Positions 50,856-60,577 of a stretch of 61,285 bases of DNA are shown here, piece by piece. The translations under genes and the position numbers were made by a program. Origin of the DNA: an uncultured Desulfopila sp. (GTDB taxonomy: Bacteria; Desulfobacterota; Desulfobulbia; Desulfobulbales; Desulfocapsaceae); contig CAZQOD010000001.1 in NCBI GenBank assembly GCA_964594945.1, forward strand, positions 1 to 61,285, written 5' to 3'. The notes under the pieces were generated by a model, which made no database searches, had not been told where the DNA came from, and worked only from the letters and a program-made list of their open reading frames with translations. Position 1 is the stretch's first letter; every line of letters starts with the position of its first letter.

Positions 50856-51710
50856 TCATCCTTTTTCCGGCGTTATCCATATGGTACCCAGGGACATGCT
50901 TTTATCCAAGACAACTTCAAGCTTATGGACCATTTTCCCGTCTATTAAAACCTCGATTTCGTAATTACCAGCCTTATCCAGTCCGTCAAATTTAAAATCC
51001 CCAAAATCGTCGGAGAGTTGCTCAGCAAGCATATCGCCATTTTTATACAACCTGATCCCGGCCCCAACCACACATTCCGAGATATCGTTTTTGCCCACGG
51101 CAACACTACCCATGATCATACATTTTACAAAACGATACAGGTTTTTATAATAGCAGCGGGGTCTGGCCGTTGTCCCACCGTTATCCAGGGTTTCCAGTTT
51201 TTCCTCCGCTATTATTTCGGCCAGTTTATCATCTTCAACATACAGCACCGACAACGCTCCCGTGGGACACGCCTGCTGGCAACGTGTTTTTTTCCAACCC
51301 CGCTCCAGAAGGTGAACGCAAAAAGTACATTTCTGGGGAATCTGCTCCTCCTCATTCCACCAAACGACGCCAAAAGGGCATGCCGCAACAATCTGCTTTT
51401 GCCCCCTGGCCTTGATCGGATCTATAACGACAATACCGTCATCACGTCTGTATACCCCCCCATCCTTTGACTGGGCAATACACGGAGCATCCTCACAATG
51501 CATACATGGTTTCGGCAGGTAGGCAACATCAATTAGCGGGAATCGCCCCCGTTCATTTCTAAAGATATTCATCCAACGCTGACCATGGAGCGGCTGGGCC
51601 AGGGTATAAGGAAGCCAGTCATTATCGCAATGTTCATCCTTACACGATAAAAAACAGTTGTTACAGTTTTCGCACTTTGCAACATCTATGATAAAACAAT
51701 ATTTTTTCAT
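50856..51710 (-). CDS. Fe-S small subunit (AthS-like)
   Basis: CENCNNCFLSCKDEH, CMHCEDAPC, KCTFC, DDFGDFKFDGL; start ATG 51710. Confidence 0.92.
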   Translation of the reverse strand: MKKYCFIIDVAKCENCNNCFLSCKDEHCDNDWLPYTLAQPLHGQRWMNIFRNERGRFPLIDVAYLPKPCMHCEDAPCIAQSKDGGVYRRDDGIVVIDPIKARGQKQIVAACPFGVVWWNEEEQIPQKCTFCVHLLERGWKKTRCQQACPTGALSVLYVEDDKLAEIIAEEKLETLDNGGTTARPRCYYKNLYRFVKCMIMGSVAVGKNDISECVVGAGIRLYKNGDMLAEQLSDDFGDFKFDGLDKAGNYEIEVLIDGKMVHKLEVVLDKSMSLGTIWITPEKG

Positions 51711-51714
51711 AACG

Positions 51715-54700
51715 TTATCCCTCCTGCCAGGGCTCAACCTGGACGAGACAGGAATTGGAGGCGGTGGAATGGGATTTTTTGATAATATTTCTGGACGGGG
51801 TCAAAAGATTGATACAACCACCCCGATCAGGTGACTCTCCGGGTTGCCCCAGGGGATCGTAGACCGCAGACCCCTCAGGGGACTGGACAGTTCCGGGGGG
51901 AAGTCGGTCGGTAATATGAGCCGCACATATTACCGAACCACGGTCGTTAAAAATTTTCACCAAACCATTGTGCTTTATATTCCGCTGCGAGGCGTCTTCA
52001 CGGTTTATTCGAACAATCCAATAATAATAACCGGCCACCAGGACCCGGTGATCCTTAATATCATTTATAACTGAATTCTTACCATCAAACATGGTATGAA
52101 AACTATAGCGCGGATGTGGTGAAATAAGATTCAACGGATATTTTTCATATAAACGCTGGTTATGATGCCCCTCCCAGGACGGCCTGAACATGGAAATCAC
52201 CGGCCGCTCCGGATCATCCGGGGCAAATCTTTTCAAACTGGACGACTCGAACTCCAACTTGCCGGACTGCGTCTGTAGGCCCCTGCGCCACTCATCGGTA
52301 TATTCCGAAGGCAGCGGTGACAATTCCGGGACATTTTTCTTCTTACCCTCGGCAAACCAGCGATAGGAAACCGGGGCGCGATTTTCGACCTTCGGAGCCG
52401 GTACAACATAGTAACCTTTTTTTAAAAACTTCGACCATGAGATAACCATTGGCAGATCACTTGCCTCAAAGAGTCTCCTGCACCACTCCAGTTCGGTCAT
52501 CCCCTCTGAAAAAAGTGTCCCCATGCCCAGGCGCTGGGCCAGATCAAGGAAAATTTGATAATCGGATTTTGATTCACCCAGGGGCGCGATACACTTATGC
52601 TGCATAGTAATAACACGGTGATTCCACTGAATAAATTGTTGATGACTATAGCCACCTGAATTGGCTGTCTCACCAATATCCCACCGCTCAAAATTAGTAC
52701 AGGCCGGTAAAAGCACATCGGCAAATTTTGCCTCACCCTCGAACCAAATGGACTGGTTAACAACAAACTCAAGATTCTCACTCCGGTAAGCCCTGGCAAA
52801 TCTGTTGGAATCGGCCATGGTACCGAAATGCGAGCCGCCATACTTGTAATACATCCTTGAAGGAGAATGACCGGGCGCAGGGTAGATAATTTTTTTAAAC
52901 TGCCCCTCTATACTTTTGGGATCCGTGGGATATCCCTCGCAGGCCTGATTAAGTATAGCCTCCGGAATACGAAGCCTGGGAATCATCTGGGACACGGAAT
53001 TCATTGAAGGCAGTTGCGGCATACGCTGGTACATGGAAATACGCAACCCGGTATAGTCAAGATCCCCCGACAGCCCTCCTTCCGCATAGCCCGGAAAATA
53101 AAAATTAGTGTCCACCGGCGCACCCTGCTGCAAACAGCCCATATTCACACCCGGCTTACCCAAGCCCTGCATGGCCATGAGACAAACCATGGATCGAGCC
53201 CATTCAATACCGGTTGCACATCGGCAGGCGCCGCCGAAACCGGCTAGACCTCCGGGTGAAAGATAGGTTTTCTTAGTTCCCCACTGCCGGGCAAGACTCC
53301 TGACAATTCGAGCCGGAACCTGGGTCTCGTCCTCCTGCCACTCCGGGGTTTTGGCAATACCATCATCCTTACCAAGAATATAGTCACGCCATTTTTCAAA
53401 CCCGACCGTCAACTCGTCAACATATTTTTTATCGTACAGATCTTCACTAATCCAGACATGGGCAATGGCCAGGGCCATAGCATTTCCCGTATCCGGCCTG
53501 GGGGCAATCCACTTGCCGCCGAGAAGGGCCGCAGTATGGTTGAAATAGGGGTCAATATGAACCATCTTGATAGACAGGGACTTTGCCCACTGCCTGCGCA
53601 CCGTCCCTTCAAAAGCCCCATATACACCACTTGTTGATTCAGGGTCGGAGGACCAGAAAACTATCATCTCCGCCTCCTGGAGACAATCTTCAACCGTACC
53701 GTAAGTATCCGTTGCACCGTTGCGAATACTGTTACCCCAATGGTGCATGGCGCCCCAGTACCAACCTTCCCAACTATCCGGATTATGTACAACATGACTC
53801 GAACCGATGGAGTTCATAAATCGGGTTTTCGCACTTAACCAATAACCGATATTCCCCCATGTATGATGGGAACCACTGCCGTTCATTATGGAACCGGGAC
53901 CATATACCTTTTTAACTCTTTTTATCTCGGAGGCAACAATATCCAGGGCCTCGTCCCAACTAATTCTTTCATACCCAGAAATACCCCTGTTCCGACAATT
54001 GCGCTTGCCATTTGGATCAAAATCGATCCGCTTCATGGGATATAACAGGCGATCCTCGGAATAAATCAATGATTTCAGCGCGAAGACATAGGGGCTAAGA
54101 CTACCCTTTCGCGGTGGCGAAAAGGATTGACCGCGGGCATGAATTGTCCAGGATGCGCCATCCGAATCGTCAAATTCAATGGGGGTAATTCTCAGGATTC
54201 GTCCATCTTTAACATAGACAAAGACAGGGCCGCCGTTGGTATTGCTGACATATCGAACGACCCCCTTTTCCCCCTCCACCTCCAGCCCAAATTTGGGAGA
54301 ATCGGTAATCGACTGTAACATATTGAGGGTCTGGGTAAACCAGATAACGGACTCATCGTTCCCCGATACGTCAATCTGGAAATTTTTCATGGCGTTGATC
54401 TGATTCAGATAGTTGCGGGGAACAAGCATCAACTTCACTGCAATCGCAGCGGAGGTGAAAACCATAACCACATCTGCTTCATCCGCTAAAACTCTGGAAG
54501 AAAACACCCTGCCATTTTCAAAAATATACTTCCGCCCCGGTCCACCACTTATTTTTATCAGCGCCGTTAAATCTTTTTCTAGCAACCTTTGTTTAAAAGA
54601 AGGTGTCGTCAGCCGCTTCAGGCGAATCATTATAAAAAGCGCATAAAGCAGGCAGCGAAACATAAAATTTGCCACGGATTCCGACTTTGTCAAAACCTCT

Positions 54701-54720
54701 GCAACAAATGATCGTATCAT
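51715..54720 (-). CDS. Pyrogallol transhydroxylase/resorcinol hydroxylase-like Mo enzyme large subunit with N-terminal SCP2-like extension
   Basis: [59 protein letters not shown]; start ATG 54720 (GAGGGGG RBS), alternative 54750. Confidence 0.92.
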   Translation of the reverse strand: MIRSFVAEVLTKSESVANFMFRCLLYALFIMIRLKRLTTPSFKQRLLEKDLTALIKISGGPGRKYIFENGRVFSSRVLADEADVVMVFTSAAIAVKLMLVPRNYLNQINAMKNFQIDVSGNDESVIWFTQTLNMLQSITDSPKFGLEVEGEKGVVRYVSNTNGGPVFVYVKDGRILRITPIEFDDSDGASWTIHARGQSFSPPRKGSLSPYVFALKSLIYSEDRLLYPMKRIDFDPNGKRNCRNRGISGYERISWDEALDIVASEIKRVKKVYGPGSIMNGSGSHHTWGNIGYWLSAKTRFMNSIGSSHVVHNPDSWEGWYWGAMHHWGNSIRNGATDTYGTVEDCLQEAEMIVFWSSDPESTSGVYGAFEGTVRRQWAKSLSIKMVHIDPYFNHTAALLGGKWIAPRPDTGNAMALAIAHVWISEDLYDKKYVDELTVGFEKWRDYILGKDDGIAKTPEWQEDETQVPARIVRSLARQWGTKKTYLSPGGLAGFGGACRCATGIEWARSMVCLMAMQGLGKPGVNMGCLQQGAPVDTNFYFPGYAEGGLSGDLDYTGLRISMYQRMPQLPSMNSVSQMIPRLRIPEAILNQACEGYPTDPKSIEGQFKKIIYPAPGHSPSRMYYKYGGSHFGTMADSNRFARAYRSENLEFVVNQSIWFEGEAKFADVLLPACTNFERWDIGETANSGGYSHQQFIQWNHRVITMQHKCIAPLGESKSDYQIFLDLAQRLGMGTLFSEGMTELEWCRRLFEASDLPMVISWSKFLKKGYYVVPAPKVENRAPVSYRWFAEGKKKNVPELSPLPSEYTDEWRRGLQTQSGKLEFESSSLKRFAPDDPERPVISMFRPSWEGHHNQRLYEKYPLNLISPHPRYSFHTMFDGKNSVINDIKDHRVLVAGYYYWIVRINREDASQRNIKHNGLVKIFNDRGSVICAAHITDRLPPGTVQSPEGSAVYDPLGQPGESPDRGGCINLLTPSRNIIKKSHSTASNSCLVQVEPWQEG

Positions 54721-54807
54721 CTCATCCCCCTCGCCCACCCGCATAGTCATTGATTAAAGAAAAATTCAGGTGACAACCGTGAAAACACCAGTTCACCATA
54801 TGACATC

Positions 54808-54829
54808 ATTACATGCAATCAACGTTCCA
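54808..54829 (-). promoter_or_regulatory. Sigma-54 promoter (-24/-12) overlapped by the island operator
   Basis: TGGAACG-TTGA-TTGCA at 54829..54814 (GG-N10-GC); TTGCATGTAAT at 54818..54808. Confidence 0.8.
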
Positions 54830-54872
54830 GTTATTTTAGTGAGACACAACAATACCCTATAAACACCATTGC

Positions 54873-54948
54873 AATAATTTACCGTAATTGGTAAATTATT
54901 TAACGATATACGGTAAACAAAACAGACAAATCACCTTATTTGGTAAAT
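54873..54948. promoter_or_regulatory. Putative upstream activator sites for the sigma-54 activator
   Basis: Perfect AATAATTTACC-N6-GGTAAATTATT (54873..54900) plus two degenerate GGTAAA-containing copies. Confidence 0.6.
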
Positions 54949-54958
54949 ATTAAGCTCA

Positions 54959-56506
54959 ATGGACGAAAATCTTTTTTTTAAAAAGGCAACTCTCCTTATT
55001 TGCAGCAGTCTTGATGTGGAGGTAGCCCTGTGGCGCAGCTTTCAATTTATACGCAAATTTCTGCCCGCCGACGCAATGTACCTGAATATATACGAACCAA
55101 GCATTAACGGTATACGCTATATCGCCAAAGCCGACAGCAACGGCGGTCATAAAATTGAACAATCACTCAAACTGCCAGCCTTTCTTGTCCAGGCCATAGA
55201 GAGCGGAGAAAGACTAAAGGATTACCTGATCATAAACAATCCACACAACGACCCGCTTGGACAGATAATTAGTTCCGAATTAAAGTTAACCGACCACTCT
55301 TTTATAGCCCTACGACTGTTTATCGAGGGTCATCGACTGGGAGTTATCGATCTTTTTGCCAAAGGATACAACCGGTTCAGCCAGGAAGATGCAAAACTGA
55401 TTGCCCAGTTGCGTGAACCGTTTGCCATAGCCATGGCAAACGCCCTTAAGCACCAGGAACTCATCAACTTTAAAGAAAATCTTGTCTCCGACAATCGCTA
55501 CCTGCACAGTGAACTTATTTCCAGATCCGGGGATGAAGTAATCGGCGCTGAGAGCGGGTTACAACACGTCATGGCCGAAGTATCGCAAATCGCCCATTTA
55601 AAAAATACCATCCTCATCCTTGGAGAAACGGGAACGGGCAAGGAAGTAATCGCCAATGCGATACACCGCCAATCCCCACGACATAATGAACCGTTCATCA
55701 AGGTCAACTGCGGAGCCATTCCGGAAGACCTCATTGACAGCGAACTGTTCGGACACGAAAAAGGTGCTTTTACCGGAGCATTCCAGCAAAAAAGAGGGCG
55801 TTTTGAAAGGGCCCACCGAGGCACGATTTTCCTCGATGAAATAGGGGAACTGCCGCCGTGGGCCCAGGTACGCCTTTTGCGCGTTCTCCAAACCCAGGAG
55901 ATCGAACGAGTTGGAGGATCGCCGCCCATAAAACTGGATATCCGGGTAATTACCGCCACCCATCGAGATATGCAGAAAATGGTAAACGCAGGAGATTTTA
56001 GAGAAGATTTGTGGTTTAGAATTAATATGTTCCCAATTTCGATACCCCCGTTGCGTGAACGGGTCAACGACATTCCCCTATTGACAAAATATTTCCTGGC
56101 CAGGAAGTCAAAAGAACTAGGAATCCACCCCGTTCCACAAATTGCCCCGGACGGCCTGAAAAGACTGATGCGCCAGCCATGGCCCGGCAATGTACGTGAA
56201 CTGGAAAACGTGGTTGAACGTGCCCTGATCCAACACCGACAAGGCCCCCTCTATTTCCAGGAACCCCGGAAATATTCACCGGACATTAACGACAACAGAC
56301 TGGACATCGAAGTAAAAGCAAAAAATATTTCCCTGGACACCGTTATCCGCTATCATATAATCGAGGCGTTAAAAAATTGCGGGGGGAAGATAAGCGGTAA
56401 AAACGGCGCGGCCCAGGCATTGGGTATCCACCCCAACACACTTCGCAATCGTATGATAAAACTAAATATCGATTTTAAACGCCAACGCGGTAAGATGGCA
56501 GATTAG
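54959..56506 (+). CDS. Sigma-54-dependent activator (GAF-AAA+-HTH)
   Basis: GETGTGKE, ELFGHEKGAFTGA, FLDEIGE, WPGNVRELEN, C-terminal HTH. Confidence 0.96.
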   Translation: MDENLFFKKATLLICSSLDVEVALWRSFQFIRKFLPADAMYLNIYEPSINGIRYIAKADSNGGHKIEQSLKLPAFLVQAIESGERLKDYLIINNPHNDPLGQIISSELKLTDHSFIALRLFIEGHRLGVIDLFAKGYNRFSQEDAKLIAQLREPFAIAMANALKHQELINFKENLVSDNRYLHSELISRSGDEVIGAESGLQHVMAEVSQIAHLKNTILILGETGTGKEVIANAIHRQSPRHNEPFIKVNCGAIPEDLIDSELFGHEKGAFTGAFQQKRGRFERAHRGTIFLDEIGELPPWAQVRLLRVLQTQEIERVGGSPPIKLDIRVITATHRDMQKMVNAGDFREDLWFRINMFPISIPPLRERVNDIPLLTKYFLARKSKELGIHPVPQIAPDGLKRLMRQPWPGNVRELENVVERALIQHRQGPLYFQEPRKYSPDINDNRLDIEVKAKNISLDTVIRYHIIEALKNCGGKISGKNGAAQALGIHPNTLRNRMIKLNIDFKRQRGKMAD

Positions 56507-56556
56507 CGGATATCACGAGCCACCGACTAGCCGCAGAACATCGATACGCATAACCG

Positions 56557-58407
56557 TCAGCCACCCCCCACCCCTTGACTGCCGTTGCTATACTCGGGGA
56601 CGATCTTGCGAAGATGTTTTTTGATCAGGTCAATATCTCGTGAAACAGCCGCATCCTCAAGGATATCAATTTCAGATTGCAGCCAATCCCATTCAACCTT
56701 TCTGCTACGGGCGAGAAGAAGTTTGGGGTGATCGGTGTTCAGCAATCCTTCACTTTCGTGGAGCAGCTCCTCATACAGTTTTTCTCCCGGACGCAAACCG
56801 ACATAAGCTATGTCAATATCACAACCAGGATCAAGGCCACTCAGGCGAATCATCTGTTCAGCCATATCCTTGATCAAGACGGGTTCACCCATATCCAGAA
56901 CAAAAATTTCCCCCCCCTCACCCATGGCTCCAGCCTGTAAAATCAGGCCCACAGACTCGGGAATTGTCATGAAATAGCGTTTAATCTCAGGATGGGTAAC
57001 CGTAATAGGCCCGCCCTGTTCAATCTGTTTTTGAAATAACGGAACCACGGAACCGGCGGAACCAAGCACATTACCAAACCTGGTTGTTATAAAAGAGGTA
57101 TCACAACGTTTATTGAGATTTTGGCAGTATATTTCCGCAATCCGTTTGGTCGTTCCCATAACATTGGCTGGATTAACGGCCTTATCCGTGGAAACAAAAA
57201 CCAACTTTTCAGTATTATGCCTTGCGGCCGCATCTGCCAACACCCTCGTACCAACAATATTGTTCTGTACCCCCGCCGCCGGATTAAGTTCAAGCATGGG
57301 TACGTGTTTATAGGCTGCGGCATGGAAGACCACATCCGGTTTAAACTTCCGAAATACCCACTCTATCTGATTGATATTTTTAACGTCACCGAGGATAACC
57401 ACCAACTCAAGATCAGGGAATAAACCCCCCAGTTCCTGATCTATGGCATAGAGATTAAATTCACTATGCTCAAACAACAGGAGTTTCCCCGGCTGCAGTA
57501 CGCTTATCTGGCGACACAGTTCAGAACCAATGGAGCCCCCCGCCCCGGTTACCATGACGATTTTGCCTTTTATATATGCATCTATTGCGCGACGATCAAT
57601 TGTGACCTGTTCCCTGCCCAACAGATCTTCAAGAGCCAACGGTCTCAATTGACTGCTGGTGATGCGAAAATCATCCATATCCTGAAGTACGGGCAAGACA
57701 CGAACAGGTAAATCACATCTACCGCAAAGATCTGTAATTCTACGCATTTCAACCTTGGAAGAGGCATGAATCGCAATAATAATTTCCTCAACGGAATATT
57801 CCGCCAATACCTTTTCTATCTCGGAAATAACCCCCAAAACTGGAATACCGTGGATGTCCCGCCCCTGTTTAACCGGATCGTCGTCGAGAAAACCAACAAT
57901 ATAGTAATCGGCCTGGTTGCGCAAATCACGAAGCAACAATTCCCCCGCCATCCCCGCCCCAACAATTACAACACGAACCCCCCTCTCATCCCGCAGCCAG
58001 AGGCGCCGATCCTTCAACCAGCGATAGAGCACTCTGGACAGACTTAGCCCCACAATAAGAAGAAGAGGGTATAAAAAAAGGACACTGCGGGGGATACCGA
58101 CAAGACGATTCAACACCGCAAATATTACTGTTATTATTATGGCACCGGCCAACACCGCTTTAATAATTCGCAATAAATCGGGGATAGAAGCAAAACGCCA
58201 CATGCCCCGATACAGGCCAAAAAACCAGTAAACAGGGCCCTGCACCAACAGGCCTATAATAATAAAGGAGATGATACTGGATGTATATCTTGCCGGTACG
58301 GACTCAAAATTGAAACGAATCCAGTAGGCCATACTGACAACGATGGGTATCATCAGCAGATCATGGAAAAAGGCAAGCCAACGGTTGAGGACAACGTATT
58401 TATTCAT
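56557..58407 (-). CDS. pglF: UDP-GlcNAc 4,6-dehydratase (PglF/CapD/WbpM family)
   Basis: 4 TM segments, GAGGSIGSEL, HAAAYKHVP, STDKAV, RFGNV, GLRPGEKLYEEL. Confidence 0.92.
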   Translation of the reverse strand: MNKYVVLNRWLAFFHDLLMIPIVVSMAYWIRFNFESVPARYTSSIISFIIIGLLVQGPVYWFFGLYRGMWRFASIPDLLRIIKAVLAGAIIITVIFAVLNRLVGIPRSVLFLYPLLLIVGLSLSRVLYRWLKDRRLWLRDERGVRVVIVGAGMAGELLLRDLRNQADYYIVGFLDDDPVKQGRDIHGIPVLGVISEIEKVLAEYSVEEIIIAIHASSKVEMRRITDLCGRCDLPVRVLPVLQDMDDFRITSSQLRPLALEDLLGREQVTIDRRAIDAYIKGKIVMVTGAGGSIGSELCRQISVLQPGKLLLFEHSEFNLYAIDQELGGLFPDLELVVILGDVKNINQIEWVFRKFKPDVVFHAAAYKHVPMLELNPAAGVQNNIVGTRVLADAAARHNTEKLVFVSTDKAVNPANVMGTTKRIAEIYCQNLNKRCDTSFITTRFGNVLGSAGSVVPLFQKQIEQGGPITVTHPEIKRYFMTIPESVGLILQAGAMGEGGEIFVLDMGEPVLIKDMAEQMIRLSGLDPGCDIDIAYVGLRPGEKLYEELLHESEGLLNTDHPKLLLARSRKVEWDWLQSEIDILEDAAVSRDIDLIKKHLRKIVPEYSNGSQGVGGG

Positions 58408-58414
58408 CTTTCAC

Positions 58415-59569
58415 TCAGCCGACACAACACATTTTAACAATATCCGCTATCCGTTCGATATCGTCTTTTGCCATGGCCGTTCCCGACGGTAAGCAGAGCC
58501 CCTTTGTAAAAAGATCTTCGGACACTTCGCCACCAACCCCGGCGGCTCCCCTGAAAAGCGGCTGCATATGCATCGGTTTCCAGAGTGGCCTGGACTCGAT
58601 ATTATGTTTTTCAAGCTCCAGCCTTATACTTTCGCGATCACAACCAAACCTCCGCTCATCAACGGTGATACACGTCAACCAGCGATTTGATTTACCGTAA
58701 CCGGCTTCCGGCATAAACTCTAACCCTGGCAGATGAGATAATAATTTTTCATATTGGGAAAAAATGCTTCGCTTCTGACGCACCCTATCGTCCAGCACCT
58801 GTAACTGCCCCAAACTTATAGCCGCAAGGATATTACTCATCCTATAATTATACCCCACCTCGGTATGTTCATAATGGGCGGCATCGTCCCGGGCCTGGGT
58901 GGCCCAAAAAGTAACTTTTTCAATTAATTCCCTGTCATTGGAAACAATCATACCGCCACTTGAACCGGTGATGATTTTATTACCGTTAAACGAATAGATA
59001 CCGGCTGTCCCGAAAGTGCCGGGGGACTTATTTTCATACTCAGCACCCAGGGCTTCAGCCGCATCTTCAATCAAAACAATATCATACTCTTGGCAACATT
59101 CTTTGATGGGGGTAATATCAGCAGCCTGACCATAAAGATGGACAAGAATCACAGCCTTTGGTAAGCAATTTATTGCAGCCCTTTTTTTTATTTCAGCGAC
59201 AAACAACTGGGGATCCATATTCCAACTACTGTAATCGGAATCGACAAAAAACGGGCGGCCACCCAGGTAAAGGATAGGATTTGCACTGGCAACAAAAGTG
59301 AAACTAGAGCAAAAAACCTCGTCCCCCTCTGCAACACCAACATACCTGAGAACAAGATGCAAAGCCGCTGTACAAGAACTCACCGCCACCGCATAACGCG
59401 CACCCACCTTTTCTGCAAAAGCCTTTTCAAAAGAGTTTAACTGCGGGCCCACGGGGGCTATATAATTTGCATCAAAGGCCTGCTTCACAAATTCCAACTC
59501 CCGCCCCCCCATATGGGGAGGTGAGAGAAATATACGCTTTCGAGTCTTTTGCGGATTATAAATATTCAC
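58415..59569 (-). CDS. pglE: DegT/DnrJ sugar aminotransferase (PglE/EpsN-like)
   Basis: FLSPPHMG, IEDAAEALG, SFNGNKII, GYNYRMSN, CLPSG. Confidence 0.92.
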   Translation of the reverse strand: MNIYNPQKTRKRIFLSPPHMGGRELEFVKQAFDANYIAPVGPQLNSFEKAFAEKVGARYAVAVSSCTAALHLVLRYVGVAEGDEVFCSSFTFVASANPILYLGGRPFFVDSDYSSWNMDPQLFVAEIKKRAAINCLPKAVILVHLYGQAADITPIKECCQEYDIVLIEDAAEALGAEYENKSPGTFGTAGIYSFNGNKIITGSSGGMIVSNDRELIEKVTFWATQARDDAAHYEHTEVGYNYRMSNILAAISLGQLQVLDDRVRQKRSIFSQYEKLLSHLPGLEFMPEAGYGKSNRWLTCITVDERRFGCDRESIRLELEKHNIESRPLWKPMHMQPLFRGAAGVGGEVSEDLFTKGLCLPSGTAMAKDDIERIADIVKMCCVG

Positions 59570-59577
59570 GAATTCCT

Positions 59578-59985
59578 TTAACTCAATCTATGGCTGACAA
59601 CACGAGCCGGCACACCAAACGCCACTACATTATCGGCTATATCAACATTAACAAAGCTATGGGCCCCAACAACAGAATTTTCACCGATAGTTACTCCCGG
59701 CATAATGGTAGAATGGGAACCGATCTTACAATTTTCTTTCAACAAAACAGAACCCTTTTTCCCATCAATAGTTGACAAAGAGTATATTGAACAGTGGGAA
59801 CCGATCTGCACATTATCTTCAAGGGTTATTCCATACCTAGCATTGATACAGGTAAGTGCTCCGATATCTGTCTTGTATCCCAGTATAAAAGAGTCGATAT
59901 TCTGTACTATCCAATTGTATTTTGTCGGCACACCTTCTTTGATTTCCGGATATTGCCAACCTGCAAACCGAGGGATCTCAGTCAT
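59578..59985 (-). CDS. Short hexapeptide-repeat acyltransferase
   Basis: Left-handed beta-helix repeats, PGVTIGENSVVGAHS, GVPARV; 135 aa. Confidence 0.88.
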   Translation of the reverse strand: MTEIPRFAGWQYPEIKEGVPTKYNWIVQNIDSFILGYKTDIGALTCINARYGITLEDNVQIGSHCSIYSLSTIDGKKGSVLLKENCKIGSHSTIMPGVTIGENSVVGAHSFVNVDIADNVVAFGVPARVVSHRLS

Positions 59986-60577
59986 AATTACCCACCCCTT
60001 TATACTTACTCATGGTCGCCTGGCCCTCCTCATGAATATCACTACGTTTTAGTATTTTCCAAATGGTTAACAATAAAATCTTTATATCTAACCATAAAGA
60101 ACGATTATCCACATACCAAACATCCATGGCAAACCTATCCTGCCATTCAATATTATTGCGACCATTGACCTGAGCCCAACCGGTAATACCGGGCCGCACC
60201 TCATGCCTCCGAGCCTGTTGGGGCGTATACAAATCTAGATATTCGACCAATAACGGCCTGGGCCCGACCAGGCTCATTTCTCCTTTGAGAACATTAAATA
60301 ATTCTGGAAGCTCATCTAGACTCAAAGCACGCAACAATGTACCAAACTTCGTCATTCTCTGCCCATCATCGAGAAGCTTGCCCTCTCTGTCATAAACGTC
60401 TTTCATAGTTCTAAACTTGATTATTTGAAATATTTTACCATCTTTGCCAGGCCGAAGTTGCCTAAACAATACAGGTTTTCCAAGAAAACAACGGACGCAA
60501 AAGGCAAGCAGCATTAGTAAAGGGCCAAGTAAGACAAGCAGGATGACAGCCAATACAATATCAAAACATCTTTTCAT
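59978..60577 (-). CDS. pglC: Initiating phosphoglycosyl transferase (PglC/EpsL-like)
   Basis: KRCFD, KFRTM, SLDELPELFNVLKGEMSLVGPRP, RPGITGWAQVNGRN. Confidence 0.93.
   Translation of the reverse strand: MKRCFDIVLAVILLVLLGPLLMLLAFCVRCFLGKPVLFRQLRPGKDGKIFQIIKFRTMKDVYDREGKLLDDGQRMTKFGTLLRALSLDELPELFNVLKGEMSLVGPRPLLVEYLDLYTPQQARRHEVRPGITGWAQVNGRNNIEWQDRFAMDVWYVDNRSLWLDIKILLLTIWKILKRSDIHEEGQATMSKYKGVGNYD

Noticed and set aside
50598-50948. ORF sharing 'FLLQLLRSKAL' with the N-terminus of track ORF 40399..40743
   Set aside because: The similarity comes from translating two copies of the MITE, not from a protein family.
55498-56190. 230-aa minus-strand ORF
   Set aside because: Typical antisense shadow of a sigma-54 AAA+ domain.
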